This document shows, one piece after another, positions 49,501-63,370 of a DNA stretch of 64,000 nt. Within the stretch, counting starts at the first letter, position 1, and every line of letters starts with the position of its first letter. The notes under the pieces are model-generated. The model worked only from the letters and a program-made list of their open reading frames with translations, did no database searches and had not been told where the DNA came from. The translations under genes were made by a program, and so were the position numbers. Source of the stretch: Rhynchobatus australiae. Its lineage: Eukaryota. The stretch is from assembly GCA_034780895.1 (NCBI GenBank), contig JAUZTB010000066.1, positions 1,024,127-1,088,126 of the forward strand. Direction: 5' to 3'.

Positions 49501-51479
49501 ACAGCCGAAATCACACTTGTCATTCTCAAACTGAGGTGAAGACTGAGCCGGCACATTGGCCGGAATGAATACGGCTGTAAGGTGCTAAAGAGGCCAGGGT
49601 GGAAGCAATTCTCCACAGAAACTGTGTGACGTTCTTTATAAACCAAGGCTGGGGTTGTTAGGGAATGTTGTGTTTCCAGTTCCTGTCGGGAGCCAATAAA
49701 ATGAGCAGGTGGATCACAAACACTGGGTGTTGTCTCCAGTGTCCTTACATCTGTCTCGTACCACTGACAGAAGCCAACAAGCTAGCTGCTTACAGGTGCC
49801 AGGGGAGATACAAGCCACACAGAAAATGGAAAATGTAGGTGGACAGTTTTAATTCACACCAATGAGATTGCAAGGAAGGCTGGCAGGACAGACTGCCAGA
49901 TTCAGAGCATTTGATGTACAGTAATATAGATAAAGGTAATTTGCACCTGATCCCCAGACTACCTGTCCAGTTTAGAATTACTCCCTTGTACTGCATGACC
50001 CTGGGTTGTGTATGGCAAGAACAGACCAGTCCCCCTTCAAGGCAGTGATTCAGGAGACAGAGAACAAGACCAATATATTGGCCTTGAAAATAAAAGGACC
50101 TGCAGATGTTGGAAATCTGAAATAAAAACAGAAGATGCTGGAGACAGGTCAGGCAGCATTTGTGGAGAGAGAAACAGAGTTAAAATCTGAAGATTGAATT
50201 GGAGGAGAAAGGTGGAATAGCTTGATGCAAGGGCCAAGTTAGGGGTTGTTAGGCGTGTGTCTGGATTTTCAGAAAGCATTTGTTAAGGCCCCTCAATGGC
50301 TAAAAGAAAGAATCATGGAATTAAACAGACCTCCATAAACTGGGAAACTACTTGACCTGTTAACTAGGAAACAGAATATTCCCAATACAAGGTCTCAGTG
50401 ACTCACTAAGAGGCAACCATTGTTTTAACAAATGAAGATTGTTCGGATCTGCTAAAGGTTCACTTTAACGGAGAAAGGTGCACTCGTGGTTTACTTCACT
50501 GAATCGCTGTTGTACATTTGTGCTTTACAAGTCCTATGTTGTTCAACATCATGATGATTGTGTTAAGGTGGCACTGTGNNNNNNNNNNNNNNNNNNNNNN
50601 NNNNNNNNNNNNNNNNNNNNNNNNNNNNNNNNNNNNNNNNNNNNNNNNNNNNNGCACCCAAATCTAGAGCAGCGTTACTGTTCCAGGGGCAACTCCTTAC
50701 AGAGGCAACTGCTTCCAGGGGCACATCTAGCAGACACAGGTTTCGAGCTCTTTCTACTGCCATTTCATTGGGTGGCCACCGTTATAACCAATGGCTAACT
50801 ATCCAGCTTCAGGCTCAGGTACCAGGTCAGCTCACAAGAAGAATGCACTGATTTACAGTGTGCAAGAGCTGGCTGCATTATGAAGGCATTTACATTGCTG
50901 ATGGAAGCAGAATTATTAGGGAATCAAGAACAGTGCACTGCCACATCATGCCAGCTCATACGATAGATTAAGCCTTTTTGTAGTCAGCTGGATGCCTGAT
51001 TCACAGAGAAACCAATTCCCATATTTATTAACATCTGAACTAAATTATTGTGAAATTCACACAAGGAGAGTTCCACTTTGCCCAATATAGAATGCAACAC
51101 ATCATATACATCGGGACAAACCACATTTACACAAATCCACAGAGCTTTGGTATTTCTTGGCAATAGCTAATGCACAGGCAGTAACGACACACTGAACTTG
51201 TGGGAGTTTGACCAGCTTCCAACAGCAGATCTGTACCACTGACTCTCATCGATGATCAACAGTACCCTGAGTCAACCTTCCCGGATGGCTGTCAGATTAT
51301 CCAATCTGCTCTGGAGAGTTGACTTCGATCCAATCTTCAATTGCTAGTCTGTTGCCTTGAGCCAGCTCAACCCAGAGACATAAATTCACCTTCAGGGGAG
51401 ATGGTGGCCGGGTTGCTTGGGCTGACTTAGTGACTACTCGAAACTGATTTCAGGAAGTTGTTTAACAAGGCCATGATGG

Positions 51480-52300
51480 CCCCAGAGGAGGGGAAATTGG
51501 GAGTCAGAGAGAACTGGCAGGGGACTGGGAAGTGAAGAGTATCACTGATTGGTAGGCAAGGGCGTGTTGATGCTGAAGACTGAAGGAGTGGTGGTGGAAG
51601 GTTAGGCGAGGTTAAAGATGGGGAGGGAGGAGAATCGATGCATGGGCTGAGTCAGGTCATCTCAGTAATGAGGGTGGCAGACTGCTGAGATGAAAAGGAG
51701 TGAAGAAATGCCCCAAGAACAAACAGGGATGTGAGACTTAGCAATGAAGATCTTTGAAAGAGACGCACAACAAAACAGGCATCCCAGTGAAGAGACAAGG
51801 ACGTGCGACTGTTATCAGTAGTGTATCAAAGGCTCCACAAGTAGATGGTGAGGGTGTCACCTGCAAAGTGTTGGATGCCAGTGGATAACCTTTGATGACC
51901 TCTGCTGGCTATTAAGGGAGGTGCTGGCAACCGACAGCAGGAAGGTGGAACTTGATGAACAAGAGGGAAGCTGGTCAGGGTCAGGGAACAGGCCAGAGCC
52001 TGTGCCAGGTACTTGGATGAGAAGAGAATTCCAAAGGTGATACATATTGAAGGTGGGCTCATCCATGAGAATCTGAAGGCTGTTCCAGCAACAAGAGGAG
52101 CAAAGCTCAGCTGGATAACTTAGTGGAATGTTGCTAGAAGAAAAAAAAAGATGCAAAGAGCATAAATGGGGTCCAAGGAAGAAGTGGGCGTGGAAGAGAG
52201 TGTAAAGCAAGGCTTGTCAAAGGGACACTAGGATCTGGACAGCAGCTAACGTGTGCTGAGCCTAGATACAGGCAAACCTTTGGTAAACAGAGAGTTAGGA
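51480..52300 (-). mobile_element. Ancient LINE relic (L2-like, EN/RT region)
   Basis: Purine-rich plus strand with reverse-strand, stop-ridden LINE-like coding bias. The family is uncertain. Confidence 0.35.
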
Positions 52301-53184
52301 AAAGCAAAGAAGTCTGCTCATCACTTCACGTTTGCAGAAACCCTCCCCAGCACCATCCTATTGAGGTCTACACCTTAGAAATTTTGTTCATCTCAGTTAG
52401 GATCATCAAGTATTTGAATAAACTGTTGTGGCTTGGCTGTTGAATAATCTACAACTATTTCAGGTCACTTAGGATTATCCCCAATTGTTATAGCTGGGAG
52501 GTGTCCCATATCCATTCACCACATCTCTTTCTTTGATTTGGAGTTGTTACAGTGGTCAATGGGACTGATAGAGGCAGTTTCCCATACACATACAAGAACA
52601 AATGAAGGATCTGAACCAAATCCCTCATCTTCCAGCTCAGGGGAAAAAAGCCACAAGGAGTCTGCATCAAAAACACCCAGGTTTTTGGCAGCAACATTAA
52701 TTTAGCTCTAATGCCTTGTGTCTTAATTAGCATTTGAACCACACTCACCAGAACTAAATAGATCAATTTCTTGCCATCATCATAATCAACACTGATCACT
52801 AGTACACTTCAGCGCACCATTTTGTGTCTGTTATGTGATGAACTGTCACGTGACACATCCACAGCATGCATCCAGCAACTGCTTGTGTAATTCATTCAAA
52901 TAGTGACCATCTGTACAGAATTATATAGCACACAGGGTCAAGCAAGTAAATCCAGGTCAGAGAGACATCAATTATTTGCATTCAGTTCTAACACCAGCGC
53001 CCTATGCTTTTCTCTCTAAGGACTATCAGTAACATCAAGGCCAGAATTCCTGAGGGCTGGAGGGGAAGGCTGGAGTCATCGAGGGCAGAGGGGAGGGGGA
53101 GCAGGAGGCTGGAATCCCCGGCTGCATGAGGACACTGGAATCCCTGAGGGCTGGAGGGGGAGGCTGAAATTCTGGACGGTTGGA

Positions 53185-53880
53185 GGACATCCCCTTGGCA
53201 TCACAGGTAGACAGGGTGGTGAAAAAGGCGTTTAGCACGCTGGCCTTCATCATTCAGGGCACTGAGTACAGGAATTGGGACATCATGTTGCAGTTGTGTA
53301 TGTCGTTGCTGAGGCCTCACTTGGAATCCTGTGTACAGTTCTGGTCACCCTGTTATAGGAGAGACGTGGTTAAACTGGAAAAAGTGCAGAAAAGATTTAC
53401 GAGGTTGTTGCCAGGACTAGAGGGCTTGTGATACAGGGAGAGATTGGCCATGCTAGGTCTTTATTCCTTGGAGCGGAGGAGAATGAGGGGTGACCTTACA
53501 GAGGTTTATGAAATCATGAGGAGCATAGGTAAGGTGGACAGNNNNNNNNNNNNNNNNNNNNNNNNNNNNNNNNNNNNNNNNNNNNNNNNNNNNNNNNNNN
53601 NNNNNNNNNNNNNNNNNNNNNNNNNNNNNNNNNNNNNNNNNNNNNNNNNNNNNNNNNNNNNNNNNNNNNNNNNNNNNNNNNNNNNNNNNNNNNNNNNNNN
53701 NNNNNNNNNNNNNNNNNNNNNNNNNNNNNNNNNNNNNNNNNNNNNNNNNNNNNNNNNNNNNNNNNNNNNNNNNNNNNNNNNNNNNNNNNNNNNNNNNNNN
53801 NNNNNNNNNNNNNNNNNNNNNNGTCGGCATGGACTGGTTGGGCCGAAGGGCCTGTATCCATGTCGCATTGCTCTATGAAC
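53185..53880 (+). mobile_element. CR1-like LINE ORF2 C-terminus and 3' end, with internal N gap
   Basis: 'QVDRVVKKAFSTLAFI...LLRPHLESCVQFWSPCYRRDVVKLEKVQKRFTRLLPGL'. Confidence 0.9.
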
Positions 53881-54471
53881 TTATCCTTAGGAGAAATGGA
53901 TAGAGTCAGAGGGAATGTCAGAGACCAGTAAAGGAAGGGATGGTGAGATTGGGAAAAGCCTTCACAAATGCATGTTCTGCCAATCAGAAAATGTGGGAAT
54001 GTACAGGAATGTGTGAAAGGATCAACCAGTCAAGTCAAGGTAATGAGCTGCCTGGCTTCATAACATCATCATCACGGTAAATGTGTTTTGATGCAAAATA
54101 CTATCCATTTCATGGGCTAACTTACTTCCCAAAAGACAAGCAAATAAAAACTAAGGCCAGGTTATCCATCCCAATGCCTTTCAGACAACATGGGCCAATG
54201 GGTACTGGCTGCAGCTGATGGCTCTGAAAGGAAAAGCTGGTGTTCAGCCACTCCCTGGTAAGCAGAGCCCAGACTCACATGAGCCTGCTGTAAATCTGGG
54301 ATGAGTTGGCAGCCAGATCTGGTGTGGGACCATATTCCCCAACCTGATGGATGGGGGTTCCCTACCTGGAGATGTGGAGAAGCAAGATTATTCTTCAGTT
54401 ATTTTAATGATTTTCATTATCTCTTAGCATTTTAATTGATTTTATTTTAAAAGAAATGCTTAATTGTATTA

Positions 54472-55338
54472 CAGAAGGTTGTCATAGGTCACAATGGGAT
54501 GTAGACAGGATGCAGAGTTGGGCAGAGAAGTGGCAGATGGAGTTCAATCCAGAAAAGTGTGGATTGATTCACTTTGGAAGAACAAACTTGAAGACAGAGT
54601 ACAAGGTTAATGGCAGGGTTCTGAGCAGTCTGGAGGAACAGAGGGATCTTGGGGTCCAAGATACCTCAAGGTTGTCATGCAAGTTGATAGGGTGGTTAAG
54701 AAGACATACGGTGTACTGACCTTCATTAGTTACGGGATTGAGTTAAGAGCAATGACGTAATGTTGCAGCTCTATAAAACTCTTGTTAGACTACACTTTGA
54801 GAATTGTGTTTAGTTCTGGTCGCCTCATTATAGGAAGGATGTGGAAGCTTTAGAGAGGGTGCAGAGGAGATTTACCAGGGTGCTACCTGGATTAGAGAGC
54901 ATGTATTATGAGGAAAGGCTGAGCGAGCTAGGGCTTTTCTCTTTGGAGCAATGGAAGATGAGAGGTGACTCGATAGAGGTGTACCAGATTATGAGGGGCA
55001 TCGATAGAGTGGACAGCTAGCACCTTTATCCCAGGACGGCAATGGCCAATACCAGAGGACATCTGTTTAAGGTCAGAGGAGGAAAGTTTAACGGAAATGT
55101 CAGTGATAGATGTTTTACACAGAGAATGGTGGGTGCATGGAACGCACTGCCAGGGGTGGTGGTCGAGGCTGATACAACAGGGACATTTAAAAGACTGTTA
55201 GATTGGTGCATGGATGGAAGAAAAACGGAGGGCTGTGCAGGAGGGAAGGGTTAGATTGATCAAGGAGTAGGTTTTTATACAAGTCGGCACAACATTGTGG
55301 GCCGAAGGGCCCGTACTGTACTGTTCTATGTTCTATGA
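54472..55338 (+). mobile_element. CR1-like LINE, 5'-truncated, relatively young
   Basis: 'WAEKWQMEFNPEKC...IHFGRTN', 'TRGHLFKVRGGKF...VGAWNALPG', and tail (tgttcta)2. Confidence 0.9.
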
Positions 55339-55487
55339 ATTGTTTCTGAACATGAGAAACATTTCAAAGCTTGGAAAAGCCTCACAGGTTTTGACTGAAG
55401 GTTGGGCTCAGTCCCCAGCCTGCCTATGGCAGGGCCTCAGACTGCACCAGCTGAGCCCCACTCCTCCTCGCCCAACCTCCAGGATGG

Positions 55488-55830
55488 AGACAAAAGAGAC
55501 TGCAGATTCTGGAATTTAGAACAAAAACAGAACAATGGAAGAACTCAGCAGGACAAGCCGCATCTGTGGAGGCAAAAGGTGAAAGTTGACATTTCGAGTC
55601 CCGACCTGTATTGGGAATGAGAGGGAACAGGAAAGATTGCCAGTGTACAGTAGGATGTAGATGTGGGATGGAGGCTGGTAGATGATAGATGGAACATCCA
55701 TCTGGTTCCACGTATCACCTCGCAACTTCTAGCCCAACCCCCTTATGTACTGGCAATCTGTCTGATGCAAGGTCTCAACCAGAAGCCTCGACTTTCACCT
55801 TGTGCCTCCTAGGATGGACAGCCAACTCAC
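55488..55830. mobile_element. Penelope-derived element with inverted arms
   Basis: Same terminal family ('gagacaaaagagactgcagattctggaatttagaacaaaaac...gaactcagc'), with a degenerate inverted copy at 55700-55830. Confidence 0.62.
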
Positions 55831-57767
55831 TTGTCCCTCCACATACTGCCCAGACAAGTTTAATGGGCTGGGACTGGGGCAGTGGGCCTAATCCAGCCCA
55901 GTGAAATTCACCTGAGGGGGTCCCATTAGAAGATGGGATGAGAAGGTAAGGCATTTTGGAATGGATCCATAAGAGACAATTACCAAGAAAGGAACCAGGT
56001 AATGGTACTGTCGGTCAGGTCTGGTTGTACCAGACCTTGGTGGGAAACAGATGCACTGGTGTTCAGAGATAATTTTGCAGAATGGGCCCAGCAATGAGGG
56101 GCTTTAGTTCAGCAGGTGACTGGAAAAGTTACAGCGATTCTCTTTACAGGGGAGGAGGGTGGGAAGAGATCCAATAAAAATCACGAGGGGACTAGGTAAG
56201 GTGAATAAAACCAAAAAGTGCTTCCAGTGGTGGAAGGGAGTTATTGTGGAGTGATGCGTTCCTCATAATCTGAGCATCAGAGCTTACCAGTGTGAATCTA
56301 ACAAAGTACCAGCAACAACTTCAGGAACACTGTGATTTACTCTTCTTTATTTACTGCATTCAACAAAGTACACTGAAGCTGTAGAGAAGGGTACTGCCAG
56401 TCTGATATTACTGACACATTCAGAAGATGAAGCTTCAGTGGAAATAAGGGGAAAAGAAAGACTGCCTTGACATAACATCACTTGAGCTCCAGCTGTAAGG
56501 TGCTCTGGGACAGCCCGTCTCTGAGGTATTTCATTGTTGCTATGTAATACGAGTGTGTGACTGAATGAATGAGCCCAAGAGTGAGTGAGCCGAAGAAATG
56601 GACTGCCAGAGAGCACTGCATCCAGGAGCTGGAAAGCCTTGGCGCTGGAACCTGTCCTCTGTTGGGAAGTGCTGAGTCAGACTTCCCTTTGAGAATAACA
56701 TGAGGTAGAAATGGCAAACTCCTCTGTTTGGATCTTATCCTAGCCCTGCCAGCCTGTCATCTCCCTCTCAGCCCTGGACATCTTCTGTTGAATTACAAAC
56801 CTGCTCAGTTCCTTTCTGATACTTTGACAGACTTCTCATTCACTGTGCTGGCAACATCCTGTTATAAAAATTAATTCCAATGTGTGAAGTAGTTACACCT
56901 AGTTTGTGGTTTCTTTTATCAATAATCACACACCACTGTACTGTAGTCAAAGTAAAACAGTAATACTTGCAAATTGTCCTGTTGAGAAATGTTTAACTGG
57001 GACCTGAAAGAATGGACTCCTGTATGACCGAATCTGTGAGATTCCTTGCTACCCAGGTAACACAGAAGGTTAAGACAAAACACAAAGTGTTCCAAGCAAT
57101 ACTACCCAAAATCCTACAGCACTCTTTCCAAGACCTCCAAGTTTCGTAGCTTGGTGATTAAGATATGTCTAAAGTGAATTATGTTAAGGAAACATAGCAG
57201 AGAGCTTGCTTGTAAGTAATGGGAATGATGGTTCAGCACTCAAAGAGTTAATGGAGCTAAAGCAGGAGTCATTCCTGCCAAAAATAAGAAATCAGTTCTA
57301 GCTGGTGCACAGGTTAACTAAGTCAGTGATCGATTTTAATGATCTTAATATGAGCTGCCGGGTCCTAGGCAGAGAGCTAGTTGTAAAAATACATGAAACT
57401 AACTTTAACAAATGAGTCTTTGGGAGAAGCTGTCTGAAAACATGCTTTTTCTGAATGGATAAATCGAGAAGAAAACATCAGACCCTGTTGATATTAACAT
57501 TTTAAAACATTTATCTTACTTTTAAAAGGTTAAGCTGGGTTTGGAAAAATAACTTGAGTCTGTTCAGGAGGAAAGCCAAAGCCTCGAGGGCACACATGTG
57601 CATTTTCCCAAAAGGGTCTTTGGTTTGCCTATTTTATAACCAGCCCTGCATAGCACAAGAGTTTGAAGCATATGGCTAGACAGATGCTTCTGGCTCCAAT
57701 TCAAGGCTGACAGAAATGAAAGAAAAAAAAGATGGAAAGTTTTCCCCCAGTGAAGAGCCTTGGGTAC

Positions 57768-57917
57768 CTGGATCTTTTCCTGTCTGCGCTGCTGCTCGGC
57801 AAATTTTTTAGTCAGTGCTTGCTTTTTTGCCCTCAGCTCCTTTATATCATCTTCCCCTCCGCTGCCTTCAGGCTCAGTGTCCTGTCCCTCGTATTCTTCA
57901 ATGATGACATCTTCTTC
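57768..57917 (-). CDS. SMG6: SMG6 internal coding exon (150 nt, phase 0-0), acidic linker/coiled coil
   Basis: gcacag|GAAGAAGAT to ATCCAG|gtaccc. Translation EEDVIIEEYEGQDTEPEGSGGEDDIKELRAKKQALTKKFAEQQRRQEKIQ is in frame with both neighbouring exons. Confidence 0.95.
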
Positions 57918-59982
57918 CTGTGCACAAATGGTTGGCAACAGAACTGAAGTGAGGAACAGTGAAAAATGAGAGTGCTACTAACAAGATGCAGCAAGGCGCT
58001 GCCATCTTCAATATTCAGCCCCATACATTAAACAAAAGTTCAGGAACACAGACTTGAGCTATGTCATATTCATGCCTTGGTGATTAATAATGCCTTGATA
58101 AGGACAGATGCTGCCAAAAATCTAGATAAACATGGATTACCAAGCCGGTCTGGTAGCTCTAGTGGACTCCAAACCCAGAGTTCTGAAGTTAAATTCTAAC
58201 ACTGACGGATATTTGAAAACACCAAGCCTCCTGGAATACCTCCATAAGTCCCGCATCATGCTATTGGCAGAGTCCTGCCGCAGCACAGCTCACCTCTGGC
58301 CACAGAGGCAAAGCTGCACGATTGGGCAGCCAACCAAAGATACAAATGGCAGGCACTGCCCTGCTAGGGAAGGAGGTCACATCTGCTCCACTGTCACCCC
58401 ACCACTTATTGGCATCATAGGCTGGAAGTAGCGATTCCAAGTATCTCACCTGATTCCACATAACCCAGCTTGCCTGTATGAAAAGCCAGCACTCAGTCGT
58501 CACACCCTTCACTTCATAAGTGGAAAAAACAGTCTTGCTAATGCTTCACACTACTGCACAGCTGAAAACCATTCACTCCAGAGAATTCAGAGCACTGGTA
58601 GTGTCTGTGTGCTCTTTGCTGGCCAGGAAGGCAGGCCTCTGGCTCCCGCTCTGCACCACAGCATGCAAGTTTGAGAACAGCAACTCATGGAATATTAATT
58701 GCACTGCTAGGTGTCAATAGCTTGGCCAGTGCTGCAACTACAAGTGTTACTGACAGCTGGGGTGGGAGACGGTGGTGCAAAGATGACAGAAGACCCATGA
58801 GACTTCAATAATTTTGAGGTAATTTGGTTCAAAAGTTCACAGGATAAATAAACACACTTGCCACTCTAAGTGCCACAGCCTTAGGACTGCTTGTAATTCC
58901 TGGCATTCACTTGGACAGCTCCAACTCTTTAAAAGGAGTGGCCTGTGATGTCATCGGGGGTTTATGGGGTGAGGGAGGTGTATGAACAATGAGGCTTTCA
59001 GTAAAAAAGTTGGGGACCACTATGATCTCAATCAGGGATTCATTACCAGACAGAATTTAAATCATTTATCACTACTGATTTAGGTTTGGGACTTACTGCA
59101 TTATCAGCCCACTGTTGTACGGAAGACAGTTTGAACTCAAATCACTGAACAGCAGACTCACTGGTGTCTGCCCACAGCCATGTGTATATTCTGCTATAAC
59201 AGACAGTATAAAGCCTGGCTATGGAGGTACCAGCCGGCTCCGAGACTGAGTTTATTCTGCAAGTATCACATGAGTTGGTGCTGGATGGTGTCGACCAGGG
59301 AGAAGAGAGCTTCCAAGTCCCACTGAAGCACTGACAACTACACCAGCCACACCTGCCTGTGATCACTAGGCTGAGTATCTTGGAACACTGCTACTTCCTA
59401 GATGTTTTGGTTTGAGAGTAAAATGAGCTGGAAAAGAGGCAAGGATTTCATGGCATGGAACAGAATGCAGAGGCTTTACACTGAGTGAAGCAGGCTGGTG
59501 GGACAGAGCACTGAGTAGGCCTACAACTACTCACAGCCTCTGGAACCCATACTCAGCAAAAGGCAGCAGTTTTAAGGGAGAAAGAAAACTGGCAAGCTGA
59601 GGCAGCCAACAGTTTCTCATCCCTATGCAATCAGAGAAAATAGGTAGTTCAGGTAACTTTCAGATGAGTGTGTAGCACCCAATGGGATGTCAAGTGTGGT
59701 ACCCCAACGACATGGGTTAGGCCCTTTGAAGAGGGCCAGGCGCCACTGCTTTATGAGAACCACAAACTGAGAATAAACGACTTTTGCCTCCAGTGTCATC
59801 TCCAGATCGTTGAGACATTTTTTCCTTGCAGCACAGGGAGATCCATGCCTCTAGTGAGAGTGATGTTTGAGACACTGTGCCCCATGGATCTGTGAGCCAT
59901 TAGCCAAGCAACAAGCTGTAGCAGAATCCAGCTGGCACCACACCTTTGTGCTGACTACAAACTGTGGCATCTCAGCTATGTT

Positions 59983-60125
59983 AGACCATAAGATATGGGA
60001 GCAGAATTAGGCCATTTGGCCCATCAGGTCAGTCTGCTCTGCCACTCAATCATGGCTGATATTTTTTCAAGCCCCATTTTCCTGCCTTCTCCCCATAACC
60101 TTAAACATCCTGACCAACCGAGAAC
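59983..60125 (-). mobile_element. CR1-like LINE 3' tail
   Basis: 'agaccataagatatgggagcagaattaggccatttggcccatc...caatcatggctgat'. Confidence 0.7.
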
Positions 60126-61632
60126 CCGTACTTTTTTCTTTAAATTGTAAAAATGCTTAGTACTTGAATTAGATGTTGAGCATTTGCTGGCAAGCCAGTA
60201 AATGAAAGAATGCTCCCTTGGTAACGTGGTACATTCCAGTCTCCTCTTTGCCAACTGGTCAAATTACTGGATCCAATGCCTTTCCACTTTATCTTTAAGG
60301 TACTGACTTCGGCTGGGGCAGTTTTAGAGGCACCTGATAGGTTCCTTTCGTGCCCCTCTTCATGTCACAAGCAGTGATGTCAGGTGCTCACCATGAGGGA
60401 CCTCAATAGCTAGCTTCTCGTCTTCCAATGACTCGAGAGGGAGGAGTAGGAACTCTACTTCATATGTCTGGGGATAGGGAACCCAACCTCTGTTATTCCA
60501 TGGACTGATCCAACAGGAATGGGAAGGGCATGTTCAAAGTGCAATTTTTTGAGAGTGCCAAAGTGGTTGATCATTCAGTAACACAGAGAAGTTGCTCCAT
60601 AAGGGCTGGGCAGGGACAGAGACTGTGGGTGGGTTGGAGAGCTGAACAGGGTAAGACACAAATTTACACCCAGAGAGATCTGAAGCATGTAACATTTGCA
60701 ATGAAATTGAAGTGGTTCACTGATACAGACGTCTTTGTTGCTCAGCTCACCCGTTTCCACACCTTGCTGCGATCCATATGGTAAACTAAGGAAAGAGCAA
60801 TGGGAGGTAAAAAAAAACCCACTGATGCTGAGGTCAAATTGGAGATTTCAGGATGGAGGATGGCTAATATTGTTGAGTAAGAGTAGCCAGAGGTATGGCA
60901 CAAAGGTCAAGAGATGAAGCTCAGAAGTAGCCAATGATTAAGCTGAATGACCTCCTCTTCGATATTCCCTCATATTACCACATTCAATTGTTACATATTT
61001 TATCTCTGTATAAAAACATTTACCTGCAAGGGGTGGGGGAGGTGAGAGTGCAGTTGGTGGGTGGCACGTGTTAGCAAGTGACAAGCAGTCTGATAATTGG
61101 TGATTAAAATTAAACGATATGGCAGCTGATCAACCAAGGATGTCATCAAAAAGGCACAGATTCAGTGGGAACTTGGTTNNNNNNNNNNNNNNNNNNNNNN
61201 NNNNNNNNNNNNNNNNNNNNNNNTCATTGTCCAATCTACGTGAGGGACACATGTGCATTCACAAGATGAACTGATTCAGAGTGAAACGAGCATTTAGTGA
61301 ACAAAGAGCTAGAGACGGTGCAGCTTTAAGGGAGTATATGAAAAAGCAGGAACACCAGCAAAATCCCTAATCATATCAGGATGTGGGCTGCTGTTCAATT
61401 TTCCACACAAACCAATGAGTTTGTCTCTTCCTGTATCAGTGCTCCAAGCAAGGCCCCCTGTGAAATCAGTGCCACAGCTATAAACTTTATCCTACTCCTG
61501 AACCTTGACCTTGCCGAGGTTAGCTCCATTAAATCATCCATTAAAAAGTGAAATAGAAAACAGCATGTGGATCTCGTAGCAGCAGTGGAATTTCAGGAAA
61601 TGGAATAAAAAAAACCCTCTGGTGTGCTGTAC

Positions 61633-61809
61633 CTGATCCTCCAGTTGTTTTCCCTGCTGGCCTCCATCTTCCTTTCCCAGGCTGTCTGGGATGGGTGCCA
61701 TTGACACATATTTTCCACCCTTGAATGCCAACAGAGGTTCTTCTTGGCCGCACAGAGCTTCCAGGAAGTACTTTAGCACTGTGACCCTCTTGCAGTCAGC
61801 CGCTATTAC
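61633..61809 (-). CDS. SMG6: SMG6 internal coding exon (177 nt, phase 0-0)
   Basis: Minus strand reads ...cactag|GTAATAGCG to CAG|gtacag. Translation VIAADCKRVTVLKYFLEALCGQEEPLLAFKGGKYVSMAPIPDSLGKEDGGQQGKQLEDQ matches vertebrate SMG6 as I recall it. A branch-point-like CTAAT and a pyrimidine tract lie upstream. Confidence 0.95.
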
Positions 61810-62759
61810 CTAGTGTTTTGGGGAGGAAACCAGAACATTAGCAGAGGAAAAAAAAACACATTGTTGGTCAAATGCCAAAAGGCTCATGAGAAACGTGTCA
61901 AACGGCATTGAGGCTACCAGGAGGACAGCTAAGGCTGGGCTGAGGAAAGGATCAGAAGCCACAGGGATGGTCACAAGCGGAACCAAAAACACACAGCAGA
62001 GTCGTCGCTACGTGCCACCGACATCACGAGAGGAACATAAAAAGACCAGCAGGGCGTTTGAAAGATGGTTTAAGTCACAAAAAGGAAACTAAAAGCATTT
62101 CCACAATAGCATCAACTTCCTCCTTTCTTTAATTTTAACTACCCATTATCATATTGCTCGTCAGCCACTTGACATTGGTATGACCTGTGACCACAAAACC
62201 AGAATCTCAGGCTTGACCTTAAACCGGGGGGTACAGACATGAAGTCATCTGGAGTGCGCTGTTTCAGGTCGGGTGCTGACACAGATTCATGCACACTTCT
62301 ACAAACTGCTGACTGCACAGAGCATCAATTCTGAAAAAAATAATGTGATCCTTTCCAATTATTGTTAAGTAATCAAGGGGAATTTTTTTCCCACAAAAGT
62401 ATAAAATGAAAAATTTTTGCGTTCAGTGGCTGTGGGAATGTGTATTCCTCACACTGTACTGGCAACAACTGCAGAAAGGGCTGCTCCCGGTTCAGTTAAA
62501 ACTTACTGAAATGGGGTCATTACATACATCAAAATAAAAAACTGAGCAGCTAATTTCCAAAGAAGGCAAACTAATAGTTAATAAATTACAAGATTAGGAA
62601 TAGAAACTCAGGTTATTCTAAAGGAAAGTCTTCATTATCCGTGATGCACTGTGAGAGTCACACCCAGCTGCTGAAGACCACAGCCCCATTACTGCAAGGG
62701 ATGGTATGTGGGACTGGGGCACCCATCACACGATGGAAGAGACCTGACCAGTCATTGAC

Positions 62760-63370
62760 CTAGGAGGGAGAAGTGGAGGGGGGTGTAGAAAGAAGTGTGG
62801 TGGGTGTTTGGGAGAACTGTTGGGTGTGGTGGGTTGGGAGAGCAAGGGGTGGGAGGGAGAAGAGGGCTGGGAAGGGTTTGGGCAAAGAAGTGCAGGGNNN
62901 NNNNNNNNNNNNNNNNNNNNNNNNNNNNNNNNNNNNNNNNNNNNNNNNNNNNNNNNNNNNNNNNNNNNNNNNNNNNNNNNNNNNNNNNNNNNNNNNNNNN
63001 NNNNNNNNNNNNNNNNNNNNNNNNNNNNNNNNNNNNNNNNNNNNNNNNNNNNNNNNNNNNNNNNNNNNNNNNNNNNNNNNNNNNNNNNNNNNNNNNNNNN
63101 NNNNNNNNNNNNNNNNNNNNNNNNNNNNNNNNNNNNNNNNNNNNNNNNNNNNNNNNNNNNNNNNNNNNNNNNNNNNNNNAAGGTGCTGGGGGTGAGAGGG
63201 AGAAGAGGCGTGGGGTGTGAGGGAGGAGGGGGCGGGCTATGAGCTGGGTGGAGAGCAGACAAGAGAGATGGGTGGAGTTGGGGCGGAGAGAGGGAAAAGA
63301 GCCAGAGTACAGAGCCGGAAAGAGGGGCAGGAGGGTGTGGGAGGGAGATGGGTGCGGGGTGGGGTCAGGA
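62760..63370. repeat. G/A-rich low-complexity tract spanning an N gap
   Basis: Dense GG/GGG runs on the plus strand. Confidence 0.7.

Noticed and set aside
62181-62193. TGACCTgTGACCA, a DR1-like nuclear receptor site
   Set aside because: A single short motif without conservation data could easily arise by chance.
62760-63370. Potential G-quadruplex tract
   Set aside because: It is generic low-complexity sequence, half of it is gap, and the G-rich strand is not the SMG6 transcript strand.
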